A stretch of DNA of 64,000 bases from Treponemataceae bacterium (lineage in GTDB: Bacteria; Spirochaetota; Spirochaetia; Treponematales; Rectinemataceae). The notes beneath the pieces are model-generated. The model made no database searches. It saw nothing but the letters and a program-made list of their open reading frames with translations, and was not told the origin of the DNA. The stretch lies in the NCBI GenBank assembly GCA_963677895.2, contig CAXXGJ010000038.1:416001-480000 (forward strand), written 5' to 3'. Below, one piece after another: positions 55,317-64,000 of this stretch. The translations under genes were made by a program, and so were the position numbers. The first letter of the stretch is position 1. Each line of letters starts with the position of its first letter.

Positions 55317-57233
55317 TCAGAGCGGCTTTTTATCGTCTTTGCCGTAGCTGCGGCTTCTGGCTTTTCGCTCGGGAGCGCCTTCCCTGCGCGGACTAAAGCC
55401 TTCCTTCCTGCCCGCGTAGCCTTCCTTGCGTCCGGCATAGCCTTCTTTCCGACCGGCGTAGCCTTCTTTTCGGGGCGCCGCGGGACCTGGACCCGGACCT
55501 TTGCCATGTCCCGATTCGAAGCCTTCGGGACGGCCGACATTAGCCTCCCGGTGAGGTCCGCGCCTCTCCGCCCCGCGCGGCGCGAAGCCATGGCCGGCAT
55601 GATCGGGGCCTCGGCCCGGACCGCCTCGGCCTTCGCCTCCCTGCGAGTTCTTGGGAACGGCGCGCTTGACGGTGGGAAATCCCCCCGCCCTTCTCGCTTC
55701 GTCGATGATTTTCTCGGCCGATTTGAAGGGAACAGACACGAAGGAAAAGGCATCGTAAATTTCGACGCTGCCGATCATCCCGTCGGAAAGATTGGACAGC
55801 TTCTTTATCATGGTCACGAGGGACCTCGGCGTCAGATGATCCAGTTTTCCCGCGGCGACGAAGAGCCTGCTCGTGCCGGCCTCGTCGACGGAGACCTCGG
55901 TGAGGTCCTTGTACCTGCTCGGATCCAGCTGGTCGGAGAAGCCTTCCGCCAGCGCGGCGGCGAGCGCTTCCTCGGGCTCCAGGGACTCCAGTATGTTCTT
56001 GGCCAGTCCCCGCCAGATTTCGCTGTTGGATGATTCCTCGGCGAAGGTCAGGGCGCGGGCGGCCACTTTCGTGGCGAGTCTTTCCTTCTTGGTGGTGAGG
56101 ATGCTGGCCACTGCCGGCACGCTGACCTTCTTGAGCTGCTTTCCCGACAGTTTTTTTATGCGGAACAGCATGCGGTACTCGTCGGGGGTGACGAAGGTTA
56201 TAGCCGTGCCCGAGTTGCCGGCCCTGCCCGTCCTGCCCACCCTGTGGAGATAGGAATCGGGATCATGGGGAAGGGACCAGTTGATGACATGGGTGAGTTT
56301 TTCGATATCGAGTCCGCGGGCGGCGACGTCGGTGGCGACGAGTATGGACAGTCTCTTGTCCCTAAACTTGCCCAGCACTCTTTCGCGGGCGTCCTGGCTG
56401 AGGTCGCCATGGAGTCCTTCGGCGTCATAGCCTCGCTCGGCGAGAGAGCTGGCGAGCCTGTCGGCCTCGACCTTCGTCGCGACGAAGACTATGCCGAAAA
56501 AGTCCTCGGTGCTGTCCACGATGCGGCAGAGCGCCTCGAGCCTGTCCCTCGAATGCACTTCGATCCAGAGCTGCTCCGCGAGCTGCGTCGGCAAGGTGTC
56601 GGTCTCGTCTTCCAGGATCTCGATGTCGCCGGTTCTTTCCCTCACGATATCGAGAACGGCCGGAGCCAGCGTCGCGGAGAACAGAAGCATCCTCACGTCG
56701 GTGTTCATCGTCTCCATGACGGCCCGGATATCGTCGATGAAGCCCATGTCGAGCATTTCGTCGGCTTCGTCGAGAATGAAGAATTTCAGGTGTGATACGT
56801 CGAGGCTGCCCCGTCCGATGTGGTCGAGCACTCTTCCGGGCGTGCCCACGACGATATCGACTCCCTGGGCAAGTCTGCGCAGCTGTTCCCCGATGGAGGC
56901 GCCGCCGTACACGCAGGCGAGCCTGGGCTTAGCGCCGTGCTTTAATGAGGAAATCTCCTCGGTCACCTGCAATGCCAGTTCGCGGGTGGGAACCAGGATG
57001 AGGGCTGAGGCGGGGGTTCTTCCGATCGGGCCATCGGTGCCGATGGTCTCTATGAGGGGAATTCCGAAAGCGGCCGTTTTACCGGTACCGGTGCGAGCGC
57101 GGGCCGCGATGGCCGGGCCGGGTACCAAAAGCCTTGGAATGGCGAGAGCCTGGATAGGTGTCGGCTCTTCAAACCCTTTTTTTGCCAGGGTTTCCAGCAT
57201 TGCGGGCGATAGCCCGAGTGATTCAAATGTCAT
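55317..57233 (-). CDS. deaD: DEAD-box RNA helicase with DbpA RNA-binding domain (DeaD/CshA-like)
   Basis: GFEEPTPIQ, TGTGKT, PTRELA, DEADEMLDMGF, SAT, HRVGRTGRAG, DbpA domain, basic tail. Confidence 0.92.
   Translation of the reverse strand: MTFESLGLSPAMLETLAKKGFEEPTPIQALAIPRLLVPGPAIAARARTGTGKTAAFGIPLIETIGTDGPIGRTPASALILVPTRELALQVTEEISSLKHGAKPRLACVYGGASIGEQLRRLAQGVDIVVGTPGRVLDHIGRGSLDVSHLKFFILDEADEMLDMGFIDDIRAVMETMNTDVRMLLFSATLAPAVLDIVRERTGDIEILEDETDTLPTQLAEQLWIEVHSRDRLEALCRIVDSTEDFFGIVFVATKVEADRLASSLAERGYDAEGLHGDLSQDARERVLGKFRDKRLSILVATDVAARGLDIEKLTHVINWSLPHDPDSYLHRVGRTGRAGNSGTAITFVTPDEYRMLFRIKKLSGKQLKKVSVPAVASILTTKKERLATKVAARALTFAEESSNSEIWRGLAKNILESLEPEEALAAALAEGFSDQLDPSRYKDLTEVSVDEAGTSRLFVAAGKLDHLTPRSLVTMIKKLSNLSDGMIGSVEIYDAFSFVSVPFKSAEKIIDEARRAGGFPTVKRAVPKNSQGGEGRGGPGRGPDHAGHGFAPRGAERRGPHREANVGRPEGFESGHGKGPGPGPAAPRKEGYAGRKEGYAGRKEGYAGRKEGFSPRREGAPERKARSRSYGKDDKKPL
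55371..55472 (-). repeat. 21-bp coding tandem repeat (RKEGYAG x3, RKEGFSP, RREGAP)
   Basis: Repeats visible in protein and DNA, with synonymous differences between units. Confidence 0.9.
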
Positions 57234-57285
57234 TGTACAGAATTATATGCGAAAAAAGTAAATCTATTCTAGTACTTGCAAAAAA

Positions 57286-57915
57286 TTAGCTCTTCTGAGA
57301 CAACAAAAATCGTCCAAGATCCTCCTGGCTATTGATGCTGCAGAAAAGCCGCCAATCCGGGGAAAAACCCCTCGCGATATCTTCGGGCACGATATAGTGC
57401 GGAGCCTCCTTTATAAGCCTCGCGAAGGAAAAATGTCCGGGAGAGCCGGGACTCTCGGCGAAAATATCTTCCAGCCGCCCGAGCAGCTTGCGGGAATAGA
57501 GCCCCTGAAAAGGCTCGATGTGGCGGCCGGATTGGGCGACGACCGCCTGCGGGATTCCGGTTCCGGCGCAGCCGAGGAGATAGCTCAGCCATTCGCGGCT
57601 AAAAACAGGCATATCGCAGGCCATGAGATAGAGCCATTCGGTTCCGGAACGGGACAGGGCCGCATGCAGCCCCGAAAGCGGGCCGAATCCGGGGATGAGG
57701 TCCTCGGCGAAAGCGACGGGCAGGCCTTCATAAGGCTTTCTTTTCCTTCCGATGACCGTCACCGCCCGGCCCGTCGCGAGCGCGTTCCTTGCCACCAGCC
57801 TTCCCATGGCTTCGCCGTTGAGCGGGATCTCCTGTTTGTCGATTCCGCCGAAACGGCTGCTTTTCCCTCCAGCCAGAATCGCAATGGTCACCGTCTCAAC
57901 CGCCGTCTCGGCCAC
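57286..57915 (-). CDS. mobA: molybdenum cofactor guanylyltransferase
   Basis: ILAGGKSSRFG.DK, GPLSGL, ACDMP, EPF.GLY; GTG start with GGAGG SD preferred over ATG 57975. Confidence 0.88.
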   Translation of the reverse strand: MAETAVETVTIAILAGGKSSRFGGIDKQEIPLNGEAMGRLVARNALATGRAVTVIGRKRKPYEGLPVAFAEDLIPGFGPLSGLHAALSRSGTEWLYLMACDMPVFSREWLSYLLGCAGTGIPQAVVAQSGRHIEPFQGLYSRKLLGRLEDIFAESPGSPGHFSFARLIKEAPHYIVPEDIARGFSPDWRLFCSINSQEDLGRFLLSQKS

Positions 57916-57940
57916 CTTCCCTGCCTCCGAAAAATAACGC

Positions 57941-57969
57941 TTGCGCCGCGCATTGACCGCGGCTACATT
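57941..57969 (+). promoter_or_regulatory. leaderless-type sigma70 promoter of the PRTase gene
   Basis: TTGCGC-17-TACATT-7 nt-ATG(57977). Confidence 0.55.
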
Positions 57970-57976
57970 GTCCATA

Positions 57977-58858
57977 ATGCTTGTCGAACTGCTCGGCGCC
58001 GCCGATTGGACGACTCCCCCGCCCGAGATGGAGTTTTCCGCGACCTATGAAGTCCTGCTGCGCGATGTCGCCGAAACCGTCCAGGAGCTTAAAGCCCTGG
58101 AGGGATGGCCTTCCTCTCCTTCCTCCCCGAAATGGCTCGAGGCTCCCGGACTGGCGGTTTTTCTCTATGTCAGGGCGCCCGCCATTGTCAATGTCATGCT
58201 CAACTACAAAATCTGCGTCGAACACGATTTGCCCTTGCATCCAACCCTCTACTACGAACTGAAGGAAGCCAGGAAGTACAGGATCGATTACGACATCGCG
58301 GCCATCGACGAGGCCAATCGGCTATACCGCCGGTCTATAGACCTGGCGAGAGCCGCCCTCCGGCTCGACGCGAGCTTCGGGGAACAGATGGCCTCGTTTC
58401 ACGAGTCTCTGCCCTCGAATCTTCGCGGCTTCGTCTATACGGGCATCAGGGACGCCTACACATGGCGGGGCTCCGACCCCGGACTTCTCGTCCGGCTCGC
58501 CAAAAACATCGAGGAGGAATTCAAGCCCGATATCATCGTCGCCGCCGCCCATGGCTCCATCATGCCGGCCCTGCTCCTCTCGGAACTCATGGAAATACCA
58601 CTCTATTTCATTCGCTTCTCCATGTTCAAGCGCAATGACGAGGAACCGATCCTCACTTTTTCCGATCAGGCATGGCTTTTGGGATTCAAGAGCAAAAAAG
58701 CGCTTCTCTATGACGAAGATGTAGCCGGCGGCAGAACCTTGACCCTGTTCTCGGAACGAATGGCCTCCCTGTTCTCGCAAACCAGGACAGCCTGTTCCAT
58801 TCGCCATGCCGGCGCGACGATAAAACCGGATTTCTGCGCGAAAATCTGGTGGGACTGA
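57977..58858 (+). CDS. type I phosphoribosyltransferase-fold protein with unknown N-terminal domain
   Basis: FKPDIIVAAAHGSIMPALLLS and PRPP-loop-like LLYDEDVAGGRTL, KPDF. Confidence 0.75.
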   Translation: MLVELLGAADWTTPPPEMEFSATYEVLLRDVAETVQELKALEGWPSSPSSPKWLEAPGLAVFLYVRAPAIVNVMLNYKICVEHDLPLHPTLYYELKEARKYRIDYDIAAIDEANRLYRRSIDLARAALRLDASFGEQMASFHESLPSNLRGFVYTGIRDAYTWRGSDPGLLVRLAKNIEEEFKPDIIVAAAHGSIMPALLLSELMEIPLYFIRFSMFKRNDEEPILTFSDQAWLLGFKSKKALLYDEDVAGGRTLTLFSERMASLFSQTRTACSIRHAGATIKPDFCAKIWWD

Positions 58859-59012
58859 TAGACGGAAAAGCATACGTAAATCGAAAAAATCGCGTATAAG
58901 ACCGCTATTCTATATCATTATATTGATATATATTATATTAGTAAATCACGCTTGTGTTTTCGCTTGACTTTTATCGATAGATAGTTATCATAAATTTACC
59001 TATGGAGAAATT

Positions 59013-59669
59013 ATGACCAATAAGCAAAAGGTTTCCTATGCTCCGTCCATAAGGCGCCTGCCTTCGTATCTGAATATTATCAGACACGCGCAAAGCAACG
59101 GTGACCAGTTCATCTCCGGCACTGTCATCGCCAACGAGCTCAACCTCGAACCCATACAGGTGAGAAAGGACCTGGCGATAACGGGCATCATCGGCAAACC
59201 CAAAAAAGGCTATCCGGTCAACGATCTCGTCCTGGCTATCGAACGCTATCTTGGATGGAATGTCGAACACAAAGCCGTCGTCGTCGGCGCGGGCAACCTC
59301 GGATCGGCGCTCTCGGGCTACCAGGAATTCAAGAACCATGGGCTCAACATCATCGCGGCCTTCGATACCGACCCGTCGAAAGTCGGGAGCACGGTCCATG
59401 GCGTCCCGATCTATCCGCTCGAAAAGCTCGAGGAAATCATCCCCGAACTGCAGGCGGAAATCGCCATCCTTACCGTCCCGTCCCCTTTCGCGAGCAGCAC
59501 CTGCGATAGCATCGTGAAGGCCGGCATCAAATCCATATGGAATTTCACCAACATCAAGCTCAAAGTCCCCGCGAATATCATCGTCTGGCGCGAGGATCTC
59601 TCGTCGGGTTATGCCATGCTCGCGGTCATGATGAAAATCGCGCTCAAGAACGAAACCGCAGAGCTGTAA
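59013..59669 (+). CDS. rex: redox-sensing transcriptional repressor
   Basis: IRRLPSY, QVRKDL, GY, VGAGNLG.AL, AILTVP, IWNF. Confidence 0.95.
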   Translation: MTNKQKVSYAPSIRRLPSYLNIIRHAQSNGDQFISGTVIANELNLEPIQVRKDLAITGIIGKPKKGYPVNDLVLAIERYLGWNVEHKAVVVGAGNLGSALSGYQEFKNHGLNIIAAFDTDPSKVGSTVHGVPIYPLEKLEEIIPELQAEIAILTVPSPFASSTCDSIVKAGIKSIWNFTNIKLKVPANIIVWREDLSSGYAMLAVMMKIALKNETAEL

Positions 59670-59672
59670 AGC

Positions 59673-60692
59673 ATGTCCTTCCCTTCGGAGAAAGACGCGA
59701 AGCAGGCCGAATATCTCTCTAACCGTCTCGTCAAGAACAGCAGGCAGCTGAGGAAATGGGCTCGCAAGGAAGACATCCACGCGCTCAGAGTTTATGACCG
59801 CGATATACCGGAAATCCCGCTGGCGGTGGACCTCTATGGCGAAAACGAGGATGCCGTCCTCGTCATCGCCCTTTATGAACGCCCCTACGAAAAGGACGAA
59901 GCGGAGGAAGCGGCCTGGCTCGATCTCATGGCGGAGAGCGCGGCCAAGGCTCTGAACGTTTCCCCGGGACATATCCATCTCAAGACGCGCAGACGGATGA
60001 AGGGGCTTTCCCAGTACGACCGCAACGGCGACACGAAGGCCGAATCTTTCATAAGGGAGTCGGGCCTTCTCTTCCGCGTCAATTACTCGGACTACCTCGA
60101 TACCGGCCTCTTTCTCGATCATCGGCCCGCGAGAGCGGCCATAAGGAAAGCCTCGGCCGGGAAACGCGTTCTCAATCTTTTCAGCTACACCGGTTCCTTT
60201 TCGGTCTACGCGGCGTCAGGAGGAGCTTCCCTGGTTGTCTCGGTCGATCTCTCCAATACCTATCTCTCGTGGTCGGTGGAGAACTTCAGGATCAACGGAC
60301 TTGCCGAAACCGTACACCAACCCGTGAAATCCGATGCGATGGAGTTCCTTAGGCAGGCCGCGATCGCGGGCAAAACCTGGGACATCATCATCGCCGACCC
60401 CCCGACATTCTCCAATTCAACGATGGCCAAGGAAGATTTCGACATCAATCGCGACTGGCCTGTTCTCCTGAAGACATGCGCCGAAGTCCTGGCGAAGGAT
60501 GGCACCATTCTTTTTTCCACGAATTCGCGCCAGCTCAAATGGGAGGCGACATCCACCGAACTGCCCTGGAAAGATGTCACCGAGTTCACGATCCCTCGCG
60601 ATTTCAGGAACCGGAAGATCCACCGCTGCTGGCTTTTGGGAAACCTGGACCGACTCCCCGACATTTCCCCGGCATCGGCGGGCAGCCCGTAA
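59673..60692 (+). CDS. rlmK: 23S rRNA methyltransferase, stand-alone RlmK-like (C-terminal half of RlmKL)
   Basis: NRLVKN.RQLRKWAR, RVYDRDIPE, DYLDTGLFLDHR, LNLFSYTG, VDLSNTYL, DPPTFSNS, IHRCW. Confidence 0.8.
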   Translation: MSFPSEKDAKQAEYLSNRLVKNSRQLRKWARKEDIHALRVYDRDIPEIPLAVDLYGENEDAVLVIALYERPYEKDEAEEAAWLDLMAESAAKALNVSPGHIHLKTRRRMKGLSQYDRNGDTKAESFIRESGLLFRVNYSDYLDTGLFLDHRPARAAIRKASAGKRVLNLFSYTGSFSVYAASGGASLVVSVDLSNTYLSWSVENFRINGLAETVHQPVKSDAMEFLRQAAIAGKTWDIIIADPPTFSNSTMAKEDFDINRDWPVLLKTCAEVLAKDGTILFSTNSRQLKWEATSTELPWKDVTEFTIPRDFRNRKIHRCWLLGNLDRLPDISPASAGSP

Positions 60693-60720
60693 AATAACTA
60701 TGTATATTTCTAAAAATAAG

Positions 60721-60749
60721 TTGCGTGGGTAATTCTCCCTGGTTATAAT
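60721..60749 (+). promoter_or_regulatory. sigma70 promoter of the second Rrf2 gene
   Basis: TTGCGT-17-TATAAT with AT-rich UP region; SD AAGGAG downstream. Confidence 0.7.
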
Positions 60750-60783
60750 CGCATTTGCCATTATTTCATAAGGAGAATTAAAA

Positions 60784-61197
60784 ATGAGAACGACGACCAG
60801 AGGTATTTACGCGCTCAAGGCGATTTTAGCCTTGGCTGCCGCCGATTCAAACCGAGACAATCCCATGGCTTTGCATGTCATAGCCGAGAACGAACAAATT
60901 TCCACCGAATTTCTCCAGCAGATTTTTTTCAGGCTAAGAAAGGCAGGGCTCATCGCCGCCTACCGCGGGCCGGGAGGCGGCTTCTATCTCGTGAAGGACA
61001 AAAGCGAAATAAGCGTGCTTTCCGTCCTGGAGGCCGCCGGGGAATCCATGGAGATTTCCCCCTGCGCCATGACAAGGACGGGAAGCAAGTCGCCCTGTTC
61101 GAAGTTCGTCGGATGCAACGCGGGACAGTTCTGGATGTCCCTCGAAAACGAAATCAGGTCCTACGCGTCTTCCAGGACGCTGGCCGACCTTCTGTGA
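60784..61197 (+). CDS. Rrf2 family transcriptional regulator (three Cys)
   Basis: TRGIYAL, IS.EFLQQI..RL.KAGL, RGPGGGF, PC...PC..GC..FW. Confidence 0.92.
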   Translation: MRTTTRGIYALKAILALAAADSNRDNPMALHVIAENEQISTEFLQQIFFRLRKAGLIAAYRGPGGGFYLVKDKSEISVLSVLEAAGESMEISPCAMTRTGSKSPCSKFVGCNAGQFWMSLENEIRSYASSRTLADLL

Positions 61198-61220
61198 TTC
61201 TCTGAGTCGGCGCGGCGCCT

Positions 61221-62691
61221 TCATTCCTCATCGACGAAACGTTCAAGCTCGGCGCGCGTCTTCCCGTTGATGATTCCCAGGCGTTCGCAGGAAGAAAAGA
61301 GCTCTCTGACGTGGAGGAATGCGTGGAGGCGGATGTCCGCTTTCTCCATGTCCACCCTTCCCTGCTTTCCCCTCTCGATCAGCACGATCAGGTCGTCTAC
61401 TTTCAGACCTTCTCCGCGCAGTATCTCTATGGCTTCCAGCTTGCTCGCGCCCGTCGTGATGAGGTCGTCGAGAAGAAGAACCTTTTCCCCGGACCTGTAC
61501 TCGCCTTCCACTTTATTGCCGGTGCCGTGTTCCTTGACGGGCATTCTGGGCCAGATCATGGGCACCGAGAGCGCGAGCCCGGCGGCGGTGGCAAGCGGGA
61601 GGGCTGCGGCGGGTATGCCCGCGAGCCTGTCGAATTCGAGGTCCCGGGCCAGTTCGGCATAGGCCAGGCCTGCCGTTTCGAGCGCCGCGGGGTCGGAGAT
61701 GAGTCTCCTGAGATCTATATAGAAGGGGCTTTTCTTGCCGCTCTTGAGGACGAACTCCCCCAGCCGGAAGCATCCGGTGTCGATGAGGTGGCGCACAAGG
61801 CTGTCCTTCAGGGCTTCGCGGGCTCCCGCAGCGGCGCTCCAGCCCGGTACGGCCGCGCCTGCGGCATTGGCGGCATCGCCTGCGCTGGATGGCCTGGCCT
61901 CGGCCGCCGCGCGGCGCATCTCGTCGCGCAGGGAGCGAGCCGCCGCGCCGGGATCGGCGGCGCCCGCTACTGATCTGGCGGCCACGACGAGGATGCCGGA
62001 GCCGTCGGCGCGGGCGCCGGCGCGCATCGCCTCATCCGCCTTTCCTCCCTGAGCCCCGATTCCGGGCGCCAGAAACCAGGCACGAGGAGCGGCGGCGCGA
62101 ACTCTGGCGAGCGCGGCGGCATTGTTGCCGGCGACGACGAGACCCACCCGTTCCGACCATGAGGAGGCTTCCCTCGCGACGCGCAGGTAAAGCGGTTCCC
62201 CCGCCACGGAAAGATCCTGGAAAGTCCCGGCGCCCGGGTTGCTCGTTTTGCAGAGTATGAAAACGCCCTTGTCCTTCCAGTCGAGGAAAGGATCGACCGT
62301 TTCCTTGCCCATGTAGGGACTCAGGGTTACCGCGTCGGCTCCCAACTCGCCGAAAACAGCGTCGGCATAGGCGCGGGCGGTCGAGTCGATATCGCCGCGT
62401 TTGGCGTCCAGTATTACGGGAATTTCCCGGGGGATGGCCGCCAAGGTCTGTCCGAGCACAGCCATGCCGGGACCGCCGAAGGCTTCATAAAAGGCGATAT
62501 TCGGTTTATAGCAGGCGGCAAAGGGATGCGTGGCCTCGATTATCCGGAGATTGGCCTTCAAGGCCGCCGCAAGGCAGGCCTTCGTCACCCTGCTTCGTCC
62601 GTTCTTCCCTGCTGAAATAAGGATCCAGACCTATGCAGAGGTTTGTGCCTTTGTCCTTGACGATCTCTTCAATTCGTTCAAAAAAGTCCAT
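61221..62691 (-). pseudogene. pyrF: fused OMP decarboxylase-orotate phosphoribosyltransferase (PyrF-PyrE), frameshifted near the 5' end as sequenced
   Basis: Frame 1 (62691): MDFF..LCIGLDP; frame 2: YKPNIAFYE, LDAKRGDI, TSNP, PGIGAQGG, then FVLKSGKKSPFYIDLR, KEHGT, LDDLITTG. Confidence 0.8.
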
Positions 62692-62898
62692 CTTCGTACC
62701 CCTTTACCCGACAGGCTGAAGGTACATTACCTTTTTTGGCGAATTCCAGCAAGGATTCCGTCATAAAAGGATCTTATTGCCTGTCGCTTTTGCTTGAAAA
62801 ATAGAAGTAATCATGTAATCCTTGTACAAGTGTCATATAATGGGTAGTAGGAAAATCGACGCCCGGCGCAAATCGCCTTTCAAGGAGGCTTATCAACA

Positions 62899-64000
62899 AT
62901 GAAGCGACTTTCCCTGTTCGTTGTAATCATCACTCTGCTCCTCCCTTTATCCGCCCAGGAATCTGGCGATACGGGAGATGGCTTTTCCGCCGGTCTTAAC
63001 TTGGGATCGGACCTTTTGCCCAACCCGGATACGGGCGCGATGGAAAGCTGGTCCAAGTTAGGGTTCCAGCCCGATCTGGCCATCGGAAAATTCGGAATCG
63101 GCCTGGATCTGACCTTCCGTTTTCAGCTCTATCCTGACGGAAGCAACCCCTTCGTTCTCTATTCCCCCGACTGGGTTCCCTCGGGCGGCAGGACAATCTT
63201 CGATGTCTATCTGCCCAAGATCATGTATGTGCGGTATGGCAAGAGAGGAATCGATCCGCTTTACGTAAAGCTGGGATCGATTTCGGATTTTGGCCTGGGC
63301 AACGGCCTCATCGTCTCCGATTACGCCAATACCAAATTCCTTCCGGAGCAGAGGCTCTTCGGCCTGCAGGCGGGAGTCGACGGAGCTCTTTTCAACGTGC
63401 CCTATTTCGGGGTTGAGGCGCTTACCGGCAACCTGGCCAACCTCGACGTTATCGGCGGAAGAGTCTATGTAAGGCCTCTCGCCTTCATGGGAAAATCCAT
63501 TCTCGGCCGGGTCCAGATTGGAGGAACCGCGGTGGTGGACAGGAATCCTCTGATTTATACGACCGCTGAGGAAATCACCGCCAGCTCCTACCCCGCGACG
63601 AAGCTCATCTATGTATATGGGGCCGATGTCACGGTCCCCATAGTGACCGGCGACGTGTTTTCCCTCACCGCCTTCGTGGAGGGAGCACAGGAGATGAATG
63701 GCTCCATGGGCGCCATCACCGGCGTCGGCGGCAGGCTGATCAGCTTCATCAGCTACGGCGCGCAGATCCGCTATCTCCAGGAGGGTTTCATCCCCACCTA
63801 TTTCGACAATAATTACGATCTCTACAGGGCGGAGCGGTTTGACTATATCGAAAGCACCTTGCCCGGCGACTTCACCGCCGGCTGGCTGGCCAGCCTCGGC
63901 TTCGATCTCTTCAACAAAAAGCTCCAGTTCAGCGCCATTCTGGACGGTCCCTTCGCCCCGATCCCCGCTCCCGACGCGGATACCGACAACAGCTCCGCCT
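62899..64000 (+). CDS. exported protein, probable outer-membrane beta-barrel (partial, runs off window end)
   Basis: Not in the ORF track; SD AAGGAGG, ATG 62899: MKRLSLFVVIITLLLPLSAQESG...FQPDLAIGKFGIGLDLTFRF..., appears open to the window end. Confidence 0.75.
   Translation, partial: MKRLSLFVVIITLLLPLSAQESGDTGDGFSAGLNLGSDLLPNPDTGAMESWSKLGFQPDLAIGKFGIGLDLTFRFQLYPDGSNPFVLYSPDWVPSGGRTIFDVYLPKIMYVRYGKRGIDPLYVKLGSISDFGLGNGLIVSDYANTKFLPEQRLFGLQAGVDGALFNVPYFGVEALTGNLANLDVIGGRVYVRPLAFMGKSILGRVQIGGTAVVDRNPLIYTTAEEITASSYPATKLIYVYGADVTVPIVTGDVFSLTAFVEGAQEMNGSMGAITGVGGRLISFISYGAQIRYLQEGFIPTYFDNNYDLYRAERFDYIESTLPGDFTAGWLASLGFDLFNKKLQFSAILDGPFAPIPAPDADTDNSSA

Noticed and set aside
57915..57977. Apparent head-to-head genes with a 1-bp gap (mobA ATG 57975 / PRTase ATG 57977)
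   Set aside because: mobA more plausibly starts at GTG 57915 with a GGAGG SD, leaving room for the PRTase promoter.
58860..59012. Rex box upstream of rex
   Set aside because: AT-rich, but no convincing TTGTGAA-N4-TTCACAA-like palindrome.
62692..62898. PyrR attenuator or riboswitch upstream of pyrF-pyrE
   Set aside because: No AGUCCAGAGAGGC-like PyrR loop or terminator visible.
1..64000. tRNA/rRNA genes, transposases, integrases, prophage or defence islands
   Set aside because: None recognisable by eye; intergenic gaps are short and accounted for. tRNAscan/Infernal were not run.

Overview
A 64-kb stretch of GC-rich bacterial core chromosome, most likely from an anaerobic free-living spirochaete. 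That assignment is inferred from the non-DNPR MurE, a pallilysin-like adhesin, a spirochaete-type degenerate GGDEF membrane protein and many lipoproteins. About 55 CDS are present. They cover folate/C1 metabolism (folC, folD, folE2, ftcd, queD), cell wall (dacA, murD, murE, ddl, SPOR protein), Fe-S assembly (Rrf2-nifS-nifU), RNA metabolism (asnS, rnz, miaB, stand-alone rlmK, two DEAD-box helicases), amino-acid and polyamine uptake and catabolism (liv ABC, potABCD, multi-cluster flavoprotein pair, rocD), sulfur/redox (CoA-disulfide reductase, rhodanese, rex), tldD/pmbA and a frameshifted pyrF-pyrE fusion. I saw no rRNA, tRNA, CRISPR array, transposase or prophage. The most notable observations are: (1) a three-copy intergenic palindrome family AAGGGNCTGTCC-N14-GGACAGNCCCTT; (2) a beta-barrel + metacaspase lipoprotein gene pair; (3) a DEGD-variant helicase translationally coupled to a large radical SAM protein; (4) a PRTase with an unknown N-terminal domain; (5) tandem ARG boxes in front of rocD, directly behind murE-ddl; (6) a cysteine-cluster-free MutY at the end of the Fe-S operon; (7) an 11-bp degenerate tandem array upstream of potA; (8) repeated leaderless-type promoters. 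All product calls come from motif recognition by eye; no database search was run.
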